Below, in pieces: positions 50,958 to 64,000 of a DNA stretch of 64,000 nt. The DNA lies in NCBI GenBank assembly GCA_964016885.1, contig OZ024741.1, positions 62,434,001 to 62,498,000 of the forward strand, read 5' to 3'. Every line of letters begins with the position of its first letter. Within the stretch, counting starts at the first letter, position 1. The notes beneath the pieces were generated by a model, which saw only the letters and a program-made list of their open reading frames with translations, made no database searches and had not been told where the DNA came from. The position numbers were made by a program, and so were the translations under genes. This DNA comes from Eledone cirrhosa. Lineage: Eukaryota.

Positions 50958-53611
50958 CAACACAACAACTCAGAGCAACAACGACCATAACACCGACAGC
51001 CTCAATGTAAACAATGTAAACACTGATGGCGGCGGCAACGGCAAAAGCAACTACAAAACAACAACAACAACACCAACAACAAGAGCAACGGAGGCACCAC
51101 CATTGCAGCGGCAGCAGCGAAAACAAGGCGCTTTTATAATGTAGATAATAGCGATAAGGAACAACAGTTGGCTCAGGCGTTGAGGTTAATTAAACGAGTG
51201 AAGTCCTGGGCAAACCTGACCATCCCGGACGGGGAAATGGCGGCCATGCAAAGGAGGACGGTGTACTTTCGATGCATTTCTGTGCAGACACGCAAAGTAG
51301 AACTCGCCAGCCAAGCAGAGGTCGAGGCTGCTTTGAGGTGTATCGGAAGTGACATCTGGTACAAAGCAAGGGCCAAGCAATTTGGTACCAACTCGGTACT
51401 GTTCAAAACCGAGGCCCTTGCTATTAAGCACTCGGTGGCCACATGGGCACCCGTCCCACATGGGAAAAAGGACAGTAAAGGTCCGCACTCTCAGGATCCC
51501 ACCAGGAATGAACATATGGTGGCTCCTGGGATGTGTAATCGAGGAGGGGACAGATACTACCCTCCTAGATATCAAAAGGACAGAGAGAGAAGACTGGTCC
51601 GGAATGGATTTGGAGATTCTTCTCGAAATGAAACCAGAAGACATCAACAGCATCCGGGATTTTGCCCACCTGCAGGACGGGACAACAATCCAATTAATCA
51701 CTGGGGGAAGAAGGCCGCACTGCTTCGTCTACGGGGAAGCAACGCATCTGCGAGCCTTCTGCCCTCAGCCATAAAATGCAGGGCATCGCAAACCTCCTTT
51801 GTAGCCAACGCCAGTGTCAGAACGGAAAGCTGCACCACCACCACCAAAAACAACACCAACAAAGACAGGGGTAACTCCACCAACATCAACATCAACACTA
51901 GCCCTACAATCCCCGAAACGCAAACAACCTAAACAAACACAAGAACAAATAAACACACAGACACCTGAAATTGCATACACCACACCTACAACAAACACAG
52001 ACATACCCGAAACAACACCACCAAAACCATCACCACTACAGTCACCAAAACGAAAAAAAAATAAAGCCACACCAACAAAATATTAAAAACTTCGTGCTTG
52101 TCAGAAGGGCCAACGATAAACTGATGGCTTTCTTAGCACAAGCGAGGACATTCAAACGGAGGGGGATATCTTTGGAATGAGCACATTTTGCGTGTCAGAA
52201 GATTTGCTTCTGGTCCGAATATCACTCGATTCCTTCAAAGAAATTTGGGAGAACTTTCCTCAAGACGTGGGAACCCCGAATGTGAAACCCACATCGAGAC
52301 TTTTAAAGGGGTTCCCAAAAGAAACCCCACCAACCATGGAGGTCGAACCACCCGACCTTCACAAGACCCCGGGAGGTAAGTAAACCTTCCCTCTCTCTTT
52401 CAGCTTGCCAACATGGCCATATTAAGAGTAGGAAGTTTAATTGTTCGCGGCCTGGGGTCACCCTGGAAGCAGGGTCGCCTGCTCAACGACCTCAGGTCTC
52501 TGGAAATGGATGTGATTGCCGTCAGCGAGACCAGGATTTCCGACAGGCGCGCACTAGCCCCCATTTTCGACGACTATCAGATCTTCGCATCTTTTATCAG
52601 GCCGGGAATGGGAGGTGAGGTGGCAGTGCTGTTTAGGAAAGGCCTGGATCTCGATCTTCCGGGACCTGGACGGTAAGTTGATGGTCCTGGATGTGAGCAG
52701 TAGCGAAGGTGGTGCCTTTAGACTGCTGGCCATCTACGCCCCTACTGGGGCCGGATGACCGGACTTCTTTAGGCACTTGGAAACCTTTCTGGGTACGTCT
52801 CGCTTTTTACTGTTAGCGGGGGACTGGAATGGCATCTTAGACGCACGCTGGGATTGTGTGGGAGTTGCTAATTGGAGCGGGAGGGGGGTGCAAAAGCCTC
52901 AAGCACCTAATCAGCCAGTTCCAACTGTCTGACAGGTATCGACTAGATTTCTCCAATGCGCCAGTGTGGGCGTGGACCAACCGCATAGCTCATCTAGATC
53001 GTATATAGACAGGATATTCATTACGAAAATAGATAGAAATAGTGTAGGCTGCCCACTTTTTAAAACGGTCGCCTATTCAGATCACAAATTTGTGATCTGT
53101 ATGGTCGACCTAGATAAAACGCGTAGGTTGGGACCGGGTTACTGGAAGCTGAACATGTCATTTCCGGCACGTAAGGCTTACAGGAAGTGCGTCAACAATT
53201 TAGTTAAGCAAAATTGACAGGGGGGATCATCACCAACATATGGTGGGGGGGGGATCTCAAAAGAGAGATTAGAGTAACTTCGATAGAGTTCAGCAAAGGA
53301 CCAGCGTTAGAGAAAAATAGAAAGGAGGGGGAGCTGGTAGATAAGTTAAACGAGGCTATTTGTAGTGGCATTGCAACTGACGTGCTAGCGGCGAGAATGG
53401 CATTAGACCATTTCTTCAATGTGAAACACGAAGTTTGCAATGTCAGAGCTAAGGGGCTTGCGCTGAGAAACGAGGGAACCAAAGCTGTTCGATGGGCCCG
53501 CGTGCCGGAGGCGCACCGTGGTAATAAAATCACAATTCGGTCATTGTCGGACCGAGACGGACACGAGATAAGCGATTTCAAGCGGATGTGTGAGGCCTTT
53601 CGCCAGCACAT
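50710..53611 (+). pseudogene. Decayed, 3'-truncated relative of the Tx1 LINE (ORF1 plus APE)
   Basis: CFVYGEATHLRAFC knuckle; MAILRVGSLIVRGLGSPWKQGRLLNDLRSL aligns with the start of the ORF at 40166; GPGYWKLN. Confidence 0.9.
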
Positions 53612-54465
53612 TGTTAGCGGATTTCAGTACACTTCTTATGTACTCAGATCTTATCAATTCCTTCATTTTTTTTGTTCTTGATATCCTCTGCCTCCAGACT
53701 ACCTAAATATTTGTATCCCTCTTCAGTGTCAATTTTCTTTATCATCTCACCTGTTGGTACCTGGATTCCGTTGCTTCTGCTCAATTTACCCCTCTTCATC
53801 ACTAGTACTCCACACTTATTAACACCAAATTCCATACATATATCATTGCTGAAAATACGGACAGTGTCAACAAGTACATCCAACTCCTTCTCACTCTTCC
53901 CGAAGAGCTTAAGATCATCCATGAAGAGGAGGTGGTTGACGGTAAGCTCTCTCCCTTTCCCAACTTGTATCCCGCTCTCACTTTTCGCAGTACAATGGTC
54001 AGGGGCATTAGAGCAAGGACAAACAACAGAGGGGACAGACTATCTCCCTGGAAGATACCTCTCTTGATCTTCACGCCTCCTAAGGATTCTCCACCTGATG
54101 TTAACTCTGTTTCCCAGGACTTCATACTATTGCTCAACAACTGTCTGATGTTATCTGCCACCTTGAAGATCTCTAGGCTTTTGGTTTTCCAAGAATGAGG
54201 TACCATGTCGAATGCCTTTTTGTAATCCATCCATCCCATGGCAAGACCAGTGTGCCTCCTTTCTGTTCGTCCAGTAACAAGTTGTTTATGTGGAGGTGAT
54301 GGTAGATTTCCTCAGACACAATGCTTGTTAACAGTTTCCACATTACGGACAGACATGTGATAGGCCTATAGTTGGTAACATCATTACCCTTGATTCGGTC
54401 TTTCATTACCAGAACTATGGTACCTTTTGTCAACCACTCTGGTACTTCACCCGACATCAAGCAGT
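53612..54465 (-). pseudogene. R4/Dong-like LINE RT fragment
   Basis: NYRPITCL; WMDYKKAFDMVPH; RGIFQGDSLSPLLF; LFMDDLKLF; YKYLG; abuts (ATT)n. Confidence 0.88.
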
Positions 54466-54892
54466 AATTATTATTATTATTATTATTATTATTGCTGGCT
54501 TTGTGCCAAAAGTAGAAACAATTATTATTATTATTATATCATTTTTATTTTCTTTCATTATTGTTTCTGAGATATATGCCGAGTGTCTTCCTGACACCTA
54601 GGGCAAATAAATTTACAGTGTGCATTGGTAAGCCAGTTAATACAGCATATTGATTATAATTTTTAAAAAAAGAAAAAAAACTGTATATATATATATATAT
54701 ATATATACACATACGCATATGCATATGTAAATACGAGGAGGGTTATCAATCTTACAGAGATAGTGCTCTTCTCAATACGTGTGCAGTAACAGTCAAAACA
54801 ATTTTTTGCACCTCGTGCAGAGAGGGTAAACCAGGAATCATTCGCAAATATTGTTATTATTATTATTATTATTATTTATTATTATTATTATT

Positions 54893-55745
54893 ACAGTTGC
54901 ATTTCTTGCTTTATGTTCATACGAGTTATCACCAAGTCACAACCAGTGACCTCAAGAGACAACAAGGTCCGCCATGTTCAAGAAAGAACACACATACACA
55001 CACATGCATCTTTAGGTGTTTAGTCTTGTGATGTACTTATATTGACATAATCTTCCTTAGTATATGGGCAGTTCCCATTAGTACTATCTTTTGTATTTCT
55101 CCTATTTCCTGGGATTTGCGATAAGTAATCATTAGATCCCTTAGGTATCATTCCTAGAGCGCCTACAACCACTGGTATCGTTTTGGTTCTCAATTTCCAC
55201 ATTTTTCCAATTTCTGTCTCCAGATCCTTATACTTGCTCAATTTTTCAAATGTTTTTATAGATACATTCTTGTCTATTAGAACGGACATATCAATTAGCA
55301 GGCATACCCTCTTATTAAAGTCCTTCAGTATTATATCAGGTCTATTTGCATCTATTTTTCGGTCTGTTTGGATGCTAAAGTTCCACAAGATTGAGATGTA
55401 ATCTTTTACATGTACGGGAGGTGGTTGATGCTCCCACCAATTCTTTTGATGGAGCAGGTCAAAATGCTTACACATTATCCAATGTATGTATTGTGCAGCT
55501 CTGTCATGCCTGTTTAGGTATTCGGTTGGAGCTATAGGACTGCACATTGAAATTATATGATCAATGGTCTCTGGTTGTTATTTACATACACGGCATAATG
55601 GGTTGCATCCATTTTCTATGTTGGCTTGGTAATTTTTTTGTTGGCAGACACCGATCTTGTGCTGATATAATTAGTCCTTCAGTCTCCGATTTCACTCCAG
55701 AGGATGCCAACCACTGATGGGTTAAAGTTTTGTCAACATCAATAA
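54893..55745 (-). pseudogene. R4/Dong-like LINE 3' part (REL endonuclease and 3'UTR) ending in (AAT)n
   Basis: ETEGLIISAQD; RHD; RPDII; LIDMS; KLSKYKDL; PVVVGALG. Confidence 0.88.
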
Positions 55746-55756
55746 TCATATTATTA

Positions 55757-55862
55757 TGAGGTTGACTTTGCCTTTCATCCTTACGGGGTCGATAAAATAA
55801 AGTACCAGTAATGCACTGGGTAATTTGCTGGCCTTGTGCCAAAAAGTAGAAACAATTATTAT

Positions 55863-55865
<3 letters not shown>
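55757..55865 (+). mobile_element. SINE S1 3' half
   Basis: Matches the S1 core and tail. Confidence 0.85.
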
Positions 55866-55896
<31 letters not shown>

Positions 55897-56000
55897 CTGA
55901 ACAAAAAAGAAAAAAACGAACACAGACATATACATATATGTGTTCAAATCTTAAGGGACCAGATTCGCTAAGGTATATATATGTATATATATATATATAT

Positions 56001-56352
56001 ATATTAGTAAAAGGAAAAGAAAATGCTGACAAATTTTTCCCAGTGAAAAATAGTTTAATTAGGAATAAGTATAAATTAGTAATAAGTGTTGGTTAGTATT
56101 CAGTTTTAGTTTTAAGATTTTATCGGTTGCGCATTTCTAATGCTTTTCAAAAATAATGAGATTAGAGCAAACATCACGAGCACTCTATCTCAAAATTATT
56201 TTTGAAAAGCATTAGAAATGCGCAACCGATAAAAACTTAAAACTAAAACTGAATACTAACCAACACTTATTACTAATTTATACTTATTCCTAATTAAACT
56301 ATTTTTCACTGGGAAAAATTTGTCAGCATTTTCTTTTCCTTTTACTAATATA
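56001..56352. repeat. ~157-bp-arm inverted repeat in (TA)n
   Basis: 56001-56158 is the reverse complement of ~56196-56352. Confidence 0.9.
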
Positions 56353-56400
56353 TCACAACTCGTGTGTTACACCTCTATTTTTTTAAATATATATATATAT

Positions 56401-58129
56401 ATCAAAATAAAGATCCGAAGGCATGGTGTAAATTTCCAATCATTTTAATCACGACACATGTTTCAATAAGAAATAGATCGATCGTGTAGCCATGATCGAT
56501 TATCACTGATCTCGTCAGGTGAAAATGAATTGTCTTCAAATCCTTGATATGAGGGAGAAAATTAACGGTGTTCACTCACAGAGTTTAGTCCGTCATATGA
56601 AGATCAAGCAGTCAAAACACGGCGACTGCTATCGTCCTCAGTTAGGGTCATAAAACTATCAAGTCTCTATCTCCCAATAGCTGTAAAAGACGCTGGACAT
56701 CAATCAAATCTGTAGAATTACAGTCGGTCACAGTTAATGTGAGTTGGTACACACACACCCACACACACACGACGCGAGGTCAAAGGAAAAAAAATATATA
56801 CATATACCAACACAGCCTCAAATCTGTAGAACTATAGACGGTCACAGTTAGTGTGAGTGAGTACACACACACTCACACACACCGACGCGAGGTTAAAGAA
56901 AAAATATATAAATATACCAACATAGTATTCACCGAGAGTTAGTTTACAAAACAACAAATGTTACATTGGTTAAATCTCAATTTGACGATGTAAATTGGAA
57001 AAATTGGGTCAACCGCAACCCCATACACAAGCAAGTAAGTTCAGTTCAGTGTTCTGCTATACGTGTATAGATTGAATTGTAACACCCGTATCTCCAAATA
57101 GTGTATGTTATGGTATATACACATCCATGTGAAGAGCAAGCTCATATCGAACTCAGTATGTGCCGTTGTCCAATTGAGAATCTGAGTCTCCAAATCTGTG
57201 AGTGCAAGCAACCGCTATGTAGGCCAGCAAGGGGCTCCGTGTAGGGTTGGGTATTTGGGTTAAGGTGTCAGTATGAGCATTTCCCGTCATATGGGCCCTT
57301 GGGCTTTTAAGATAGGTGTTTGAGTGATGGAGGTGTGTTATCCAACACAAAAGGCAAAATAAAATAACAAAGAATAGCAAAACCCAGAGGATGTATGTAG
57401 GCCCATTAATGGTGTGTAAGTATTATTGTCCAATCCAGTAACCGTGAGCACTCCATGGTTGGATGATCACAGATCAAAACCTAGTGTAGTGTTCAATCGG
57501 TAGGAACGTGACCAGTAATAACAGTGGGAACTCAATGTCTAAAGAAACCGGGTACTGTGTGTAGAGTTATGTATAGAGAGCGTAATTGGTCTAACTGAGT
57601 GTGTAATACGTCTAGCTACATCCTAACCGAGAGAACTCAATGGTTAGGGTATCCTAAAGTAATGCTGAATGCGCGTAATCTGTCTTACCTGAGTGTGTAA
57701 TCATTCTAACTATTTATTAACTAGGTATTCTAATGTGCACTCAGCTGTGAGAACTCTGTGGAAACAGGCCGAGTATCGTTTGTAAGTGCGCAGACGATCT
57801 TAGCTGTCTAACTACCTGAGTGTGTGATTGTCTGTTTTTTGCTAATTGAGAGAACTCTATGGCTAAGGTAGAGAGGGAGGAGTTAGTGGTTGGTTACTTC
57901 CCAAAAATCCTGTTTTGACTGTTTGATTTTCATATGAGGGACTAAACTCTGTGAGTGAACACCGTTAATTTTCTCCCTCATATCAAGGATTTGAAGACAA
58001 TTCATTTTCACCTGACGAGATCAGTGATAATCGATCATGGCTACACGATCGATCTATCTCTCATTGAAACATGTGTCGTGATTAAAATGATTGGAAATTT
58101 ATACCAACCCCTCGGATCTTTATTTTGAT
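56401..58129. mobile_element. Non-coding element with ~195-bp inverted arms, each carrying an HHR (56441-56527 -, 58003-58089 +)
   Basis: CATTTTCAC-CTGACGA-GAT..GATAATCGATC..GATCGATCTATC..ATT-GAAA-CATGTG-TC-GTGATTAAAATG; internal tandem subrepeats. Confidence 0.82.
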
Positions 58130-58309
58130 ACAAATACTCCGTTTTACATCATCTAGCTGTTCCCATAAATGGAATTGGAGATATACAAAAGCGTGGAGAA
58201 CTTAATATTGCTAACAAAAATTTATTGGACCGTATGACACAACCAATAATACACCTTACTATATAACAACTATATACATATATATATATACATATATATG
58301 TATATATAC

Positions 58310-58715
58310 AATATATTAACAAATGGAAACTATATTTATAAAACCATATTTATTCTATTATACATATTTCAAGGGCCACCAAGGCAGATTATGGTGCGCT
58401 TTCATCAGATAAAATATAATACAGATTAGTTTTATAAATAAATATTGACATACCCTGAAAAAATGCAACCTTAACGGTTCGAGCTTCCTTATTTATAAAA
58501 CTAATCTATATTATATTTTATCTGATGAAAGCGCACCATAATCTGCCTTGGTGGCCCTTGAAATATGTATAATAGAATAAATATGGTTTTATAAATATAG
58601 TTTCCATTTGTTAATATATTGTATATTTACTCCACTAATTTGTTGAGTGATTTATATCAGTTATAAAGATATTTTAGCTTGTTGTATCCCAACAAATTAC
58701 ATATAACATCTACAT
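58310..58715. mobile_element. Family C element as fold-back with two HHRs (58351-58416 -, 58514-58579 +)
   Basis: Arms ~58310-58441 and ~58492-58625; homologous to 26987-27190. Confidence 0.85.
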
Positions 58716-59953
58716 ATATGTATATATATATAAACTCTGTATTCGTCTTGCTATTCCTGAACTATATACGTATATAAACGGCGCTGGGGTTGGTGCTGGT
58801 GGTGTTGGTGCTGACTGTAAGTAATAATTGTGGTGATTGTCGCAGTGGGCGTAATTATTGATGGGGGTGGTAACTGTGTTGGCGGTAGTGTTAATGGTAT
58901 TGTTTGATATGGTTCGTGGTGGGGATAGATGTCATGTTGGTATTTGTGTTGGTGTTGGTGAATGTCGTAGTGACATAGGCGGGAAAATGGTTTAGATAAC
59001 ATAGATACAAATCAACCACGTAATTTTTATAACTCCTTCTCCTGCTAAACCTACAGCAAACAGCCCGTGCATGGCGTTGCCGTATTTCTACCTACATCCG
59101 GTGGTTCATATTCACCGCAAGCCTCAATCTTACCCTCATCCTATCACTACCACGTCTTGTTTCTCCCTACCTGTAGCTACCACACCACCTGCCCATCTAT
59201 CTCTTCAAAGTAGGGGAGTTACCCGGTTGGAGTAGTGATTTTTTCGGTAATGATGGAGATTTTGTCCTGGGGGTTTTGTTCGGTAGGAGTAGGGATTTTT
59301 CCTGGTAGGAGTATGAATTTCGTTTCGTACTTTCGTCTGATAGGAATGGAGATTTATTCCGGCAGATGAGGTGATTGTGTCGCGTAGGAGTGGAAATTTT
59401 GGCCGGTAGGAGTGGCAAATTTCATTTGGGGTTTTGTTTGGTTGGAGTAACTGAGGTTTTTTTTTCTAATAGGAGTAGGGATTTCGTCGTATGGATATTT
59501 AGTCAAATTAGGATTTTGTCTTAAGAACTTTTTGTCTGGTAGGGTTTTTATCTGTATCCCTTCTGTGGCGCATTGTCTGCTGGAAAGTGAAAATGCATTG
59601 TCAACGCCGAAGTTCACATCTTTCTGTGAGTAATGGAGTGGAAGGGGATAATTCTGGATACGATTTAATGAGGTTGGATCATGGTCGGGGCTTTCTGCCT
59701 TATGAGTAAGTTAAATGTCAAGCAGCAGGAAATATTTGGGGATTTTATATGGTTGTACTAGCTACAACCCTAAGGCTTATTGATTAGGAGTGTTCAACTA
59801 ACGATCGTAAAGTTATGACTTCAATTCCTGGCAGCACGTTGTGTCCTTCAGCAAGACACTTATTTCACATTGCCCCAGTCCACAAATCTGGCAGAATTGA
59901 GTTGTACCTAAAGTTCTAATGTCCAGCCTTATCACACACTGTGTTACGCTGAT

Positions 59954-61688
<1,735 letters not shown>

Positions 61689-61743
61689 AAATAAGTAAAT
61701 AGGACCGTCAAAGACATAAATCAGAACGTAGATACATCTAGAA

Positions 61744-62491
61744 CACAGGTTCTCAACCCATTTAGGCCAAACGCCCCCTTTTGTCCCTTGAAATCACGAA
61801 ACGCCCCCCCCCCCATTTTTCCATTTTTCAATATACTACTGATTTTTATATCAGTAGATTACTAAAAAATTGATTAACAATATTCCAAAGATGCGTGTAT
61901 TATCTGATTATGTGTTGTATGTGGTCCTAGATGTGTGTATTATCTGATTATGTGTTGTATGTGGTCCTAGATGTGTGTGCTACTCGCTTCTGTTTTTTCT
62001 TTTCTTTTTTTTTTATTTGTAATATTATTCATACAATAGGGAATAAAATAGATCTACATAGTGTTAACTCGTTGTGGTTGAGTCCAAAATTTCAGACATG
62101 AAATACATTGTTATCGGTGAAGGAAAAATAAGATTCTAACTGGCTGCGCTCAAAGTGTCTTTGACCCAGTTGACTGTGGTTTTTTTCATTTTTAGGATCT
62201 CAATTACCGGTTAACGTCTCAATTACCAGACATGCCTGCACACCTGCTCACAGCTCCGGTCAGACTATAGTTATGCTGTCTGCAAGCTCATTCAAATGCA
62301 TTCACACTGGCTGTCTCCAAGACATACAAATATGGCTTATAAAACTTACCAAAATAAAGAGCCTTCCAGCGCCCTCTAACCCTCCTATCCCAGCTCCAAA
62401 CGCCCCCCTAACGCGACCTTGCTCCCAAACGCCCGCCTGGAGTTCCGAAACACCTCCCGGGGGTGCATATGCCCCCCGTTGAGAACCTTTG
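61744..62491. mobile_element. hAT (Charlie-like) MITE, 748 bp
   Basis: TIRs CACAGGTTCTCAAC / GTTGAGAACCTTTG; 8-bp TSD ATCTAGAA at 61736-61743 and 62492-62499. Confidence 0.9.
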
Positions 62492-62794
62492 ATCTAGAAC
62501 AAACGCAAAGTAATAACAACGATAAGTACTTGTAAAATGCAAGTTAGTATCTCCATTTCAGTAATGCTACTATATTTGATGAAGTTCATAAAGCCCTCAG
62601 TTAAGTGTTTCCTAGTAATATTTTGACGAACATATTCTATAATGAGGCATCTATAAGGATCGAAAATCTTTAAAATATTCATTATGCCTTTTTTTGTGTT
62701 CAATTTACAGCGAATTACGTAGCTTTGTCATATTTATATGCCTATGTACATACATGTATATATACTTATATGCATATAAGTATATATATATTTG

Positions 62795-62878
<84 letters not shown>

Positions 62879-63287
62879 CGCGCGCGTGTGTATGTGTGCG
62901 CGCGCGAGTGAGTGTGTGTGTGTGAGTGTGTGTAACATTAAATAACAGGCAATTATACACGCATACGTGCACACATACTTACATAGACAGGTGTGTACAT
63001 ACTGGGATTTAAATCATCAATATTCATTAAACATGTGTGTATGTGCGCGTGTGTGTGTGTGTGTGTGTCTGCGTCTGCGTCTGCATGGGTGTGCGTGTAC
63101 GCCTGTATGGTGTGCGTGTGTGTGTGTGCGTGATTGTGTATGTATTACAACGGTAGATATCTTCATTATTCATGTGTCCGTATCAAAATTGTACGAGTGA
63201 GACTCTCTGTTATAGGATTACTCAATAAGTCAGAAATTATACACATGAGTGAGCACCATTACATAGGACGGTGTTGTTGTAGTTGTT

Positions 63288-63768
63288 TGTGTTGGAGGTA
63301 GTGGTGTTAGAGGTGTTGGTTGTTGTTGCTGGAGGTGTTTGGGTTTTTGTTATAGTTGTTGCTGGTGACGGTGGTGCTGGTTGTGTTTGTTGTTGTGCTT
63401 GTAGTTGTGTTGGAGGTAGTGGTGTTAGAGGTGTTGGTTGTTGTTGCTGGCGGTGGTTCGGGTTTTTGTTATAGTTGTTGCTGGTGACGGTGGTGCTGGT
63501 TGTGTTTGTTGTTGTGCTTGTAGTTGTGTTGGAGTTAGTGGTGTTAGAGGTGTTGGTTGTTGTTGCTGGCGGTGGTTTGGGTTTTTGTTATAGTTGTTGC
63601 TGGTGACGGTGGTGCTGGTTGTGTTTGTTGTTGTGCTTGTAGTTGTGTTGGAGGTAGTGGTGTTAGAGGTGTTGGTTGTTGTTGCTGGCGGTGGTTCGGG
63701 TTTTTGTTATAGTTGTTGCTGGTGACGGTTGTTGGTTGTGTTTGTTGTTGTGCTTGTAGTTGTGTTGG
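63288..63768 (+). repeat. ~119-bp GT-rich minisatellite, 4 copies
   Basis: GGAG(G/T)TAGTGGTGTTAGAGG at 63294, 63412, 63531 and 63650. Confidence 0.93.
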
Positions 63769-64000
63769 CTGCTGTGGTGGTGATAGTTGAGATGGTGATG
63801 GTTGTGATGGTGACAGGAGTATTTGTTGCTGTGTTGGTGGTAGTTGTTGGGGTGTTGATAGTTGAGATGGTGATAGGTGTCTGTTGGTGTTGTGCTGATG
63901 GTGGTTTGTTGTAGTGGTATTTGCGATGATGGTAGTAGTGATGTTTTTGTGTTGTTAATATCTATTGTTACTGATGTTGTTGATGTTGTTTATGTTATTG

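Noticed and set aside
63288-63768. CRISPR-like array
   Set aside because: Whole units repeat with no unique spacers; eukaryotic minisatellite.

Overview
Eukaryotic, AT-rich, repeat-saturated intergenic DNA. I see no host gene, rRNA, tRNA gene or CRISPR array. The SINE families and (TA)n/(CATA)n density suggest a cephalopod (octopus-like) genome; this is inference from recalled repeats. Most ORFs in the track are microsatellite artefacts. Real coding remnants are all retroelements: two near-full-length Penelope-like elements (PLEs; RT plus C-terminal GIY-YIG, CxC-x5-C linker) and a fragment of a third; a 5'-truncated Neptune-type PLE missed by the ORF track; a nearly intact Tx1/L1-clade LINE in (AAT)n and a decayed relative; an RTE LINE with three C-terminal zinc-finger repeats; R4/Dong and CRE fragments. 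There are also tRNA-derived SINEs, non-autonomous Helitrons and a hAT MITE. The main unexplained signal is about 20 type-I hammerhead-ribozyme (HHR) motifs, folded by eye, from roughly nine small non-coding families. They sit in (TA)n tracts as tandem, direct-repeat or fold-back insertions. They include a 629-nt tandem retrozyme-like unit and two unrelated families with the compensatory U3-A8 core. All folds are manual, and ribozyme activity is untested.
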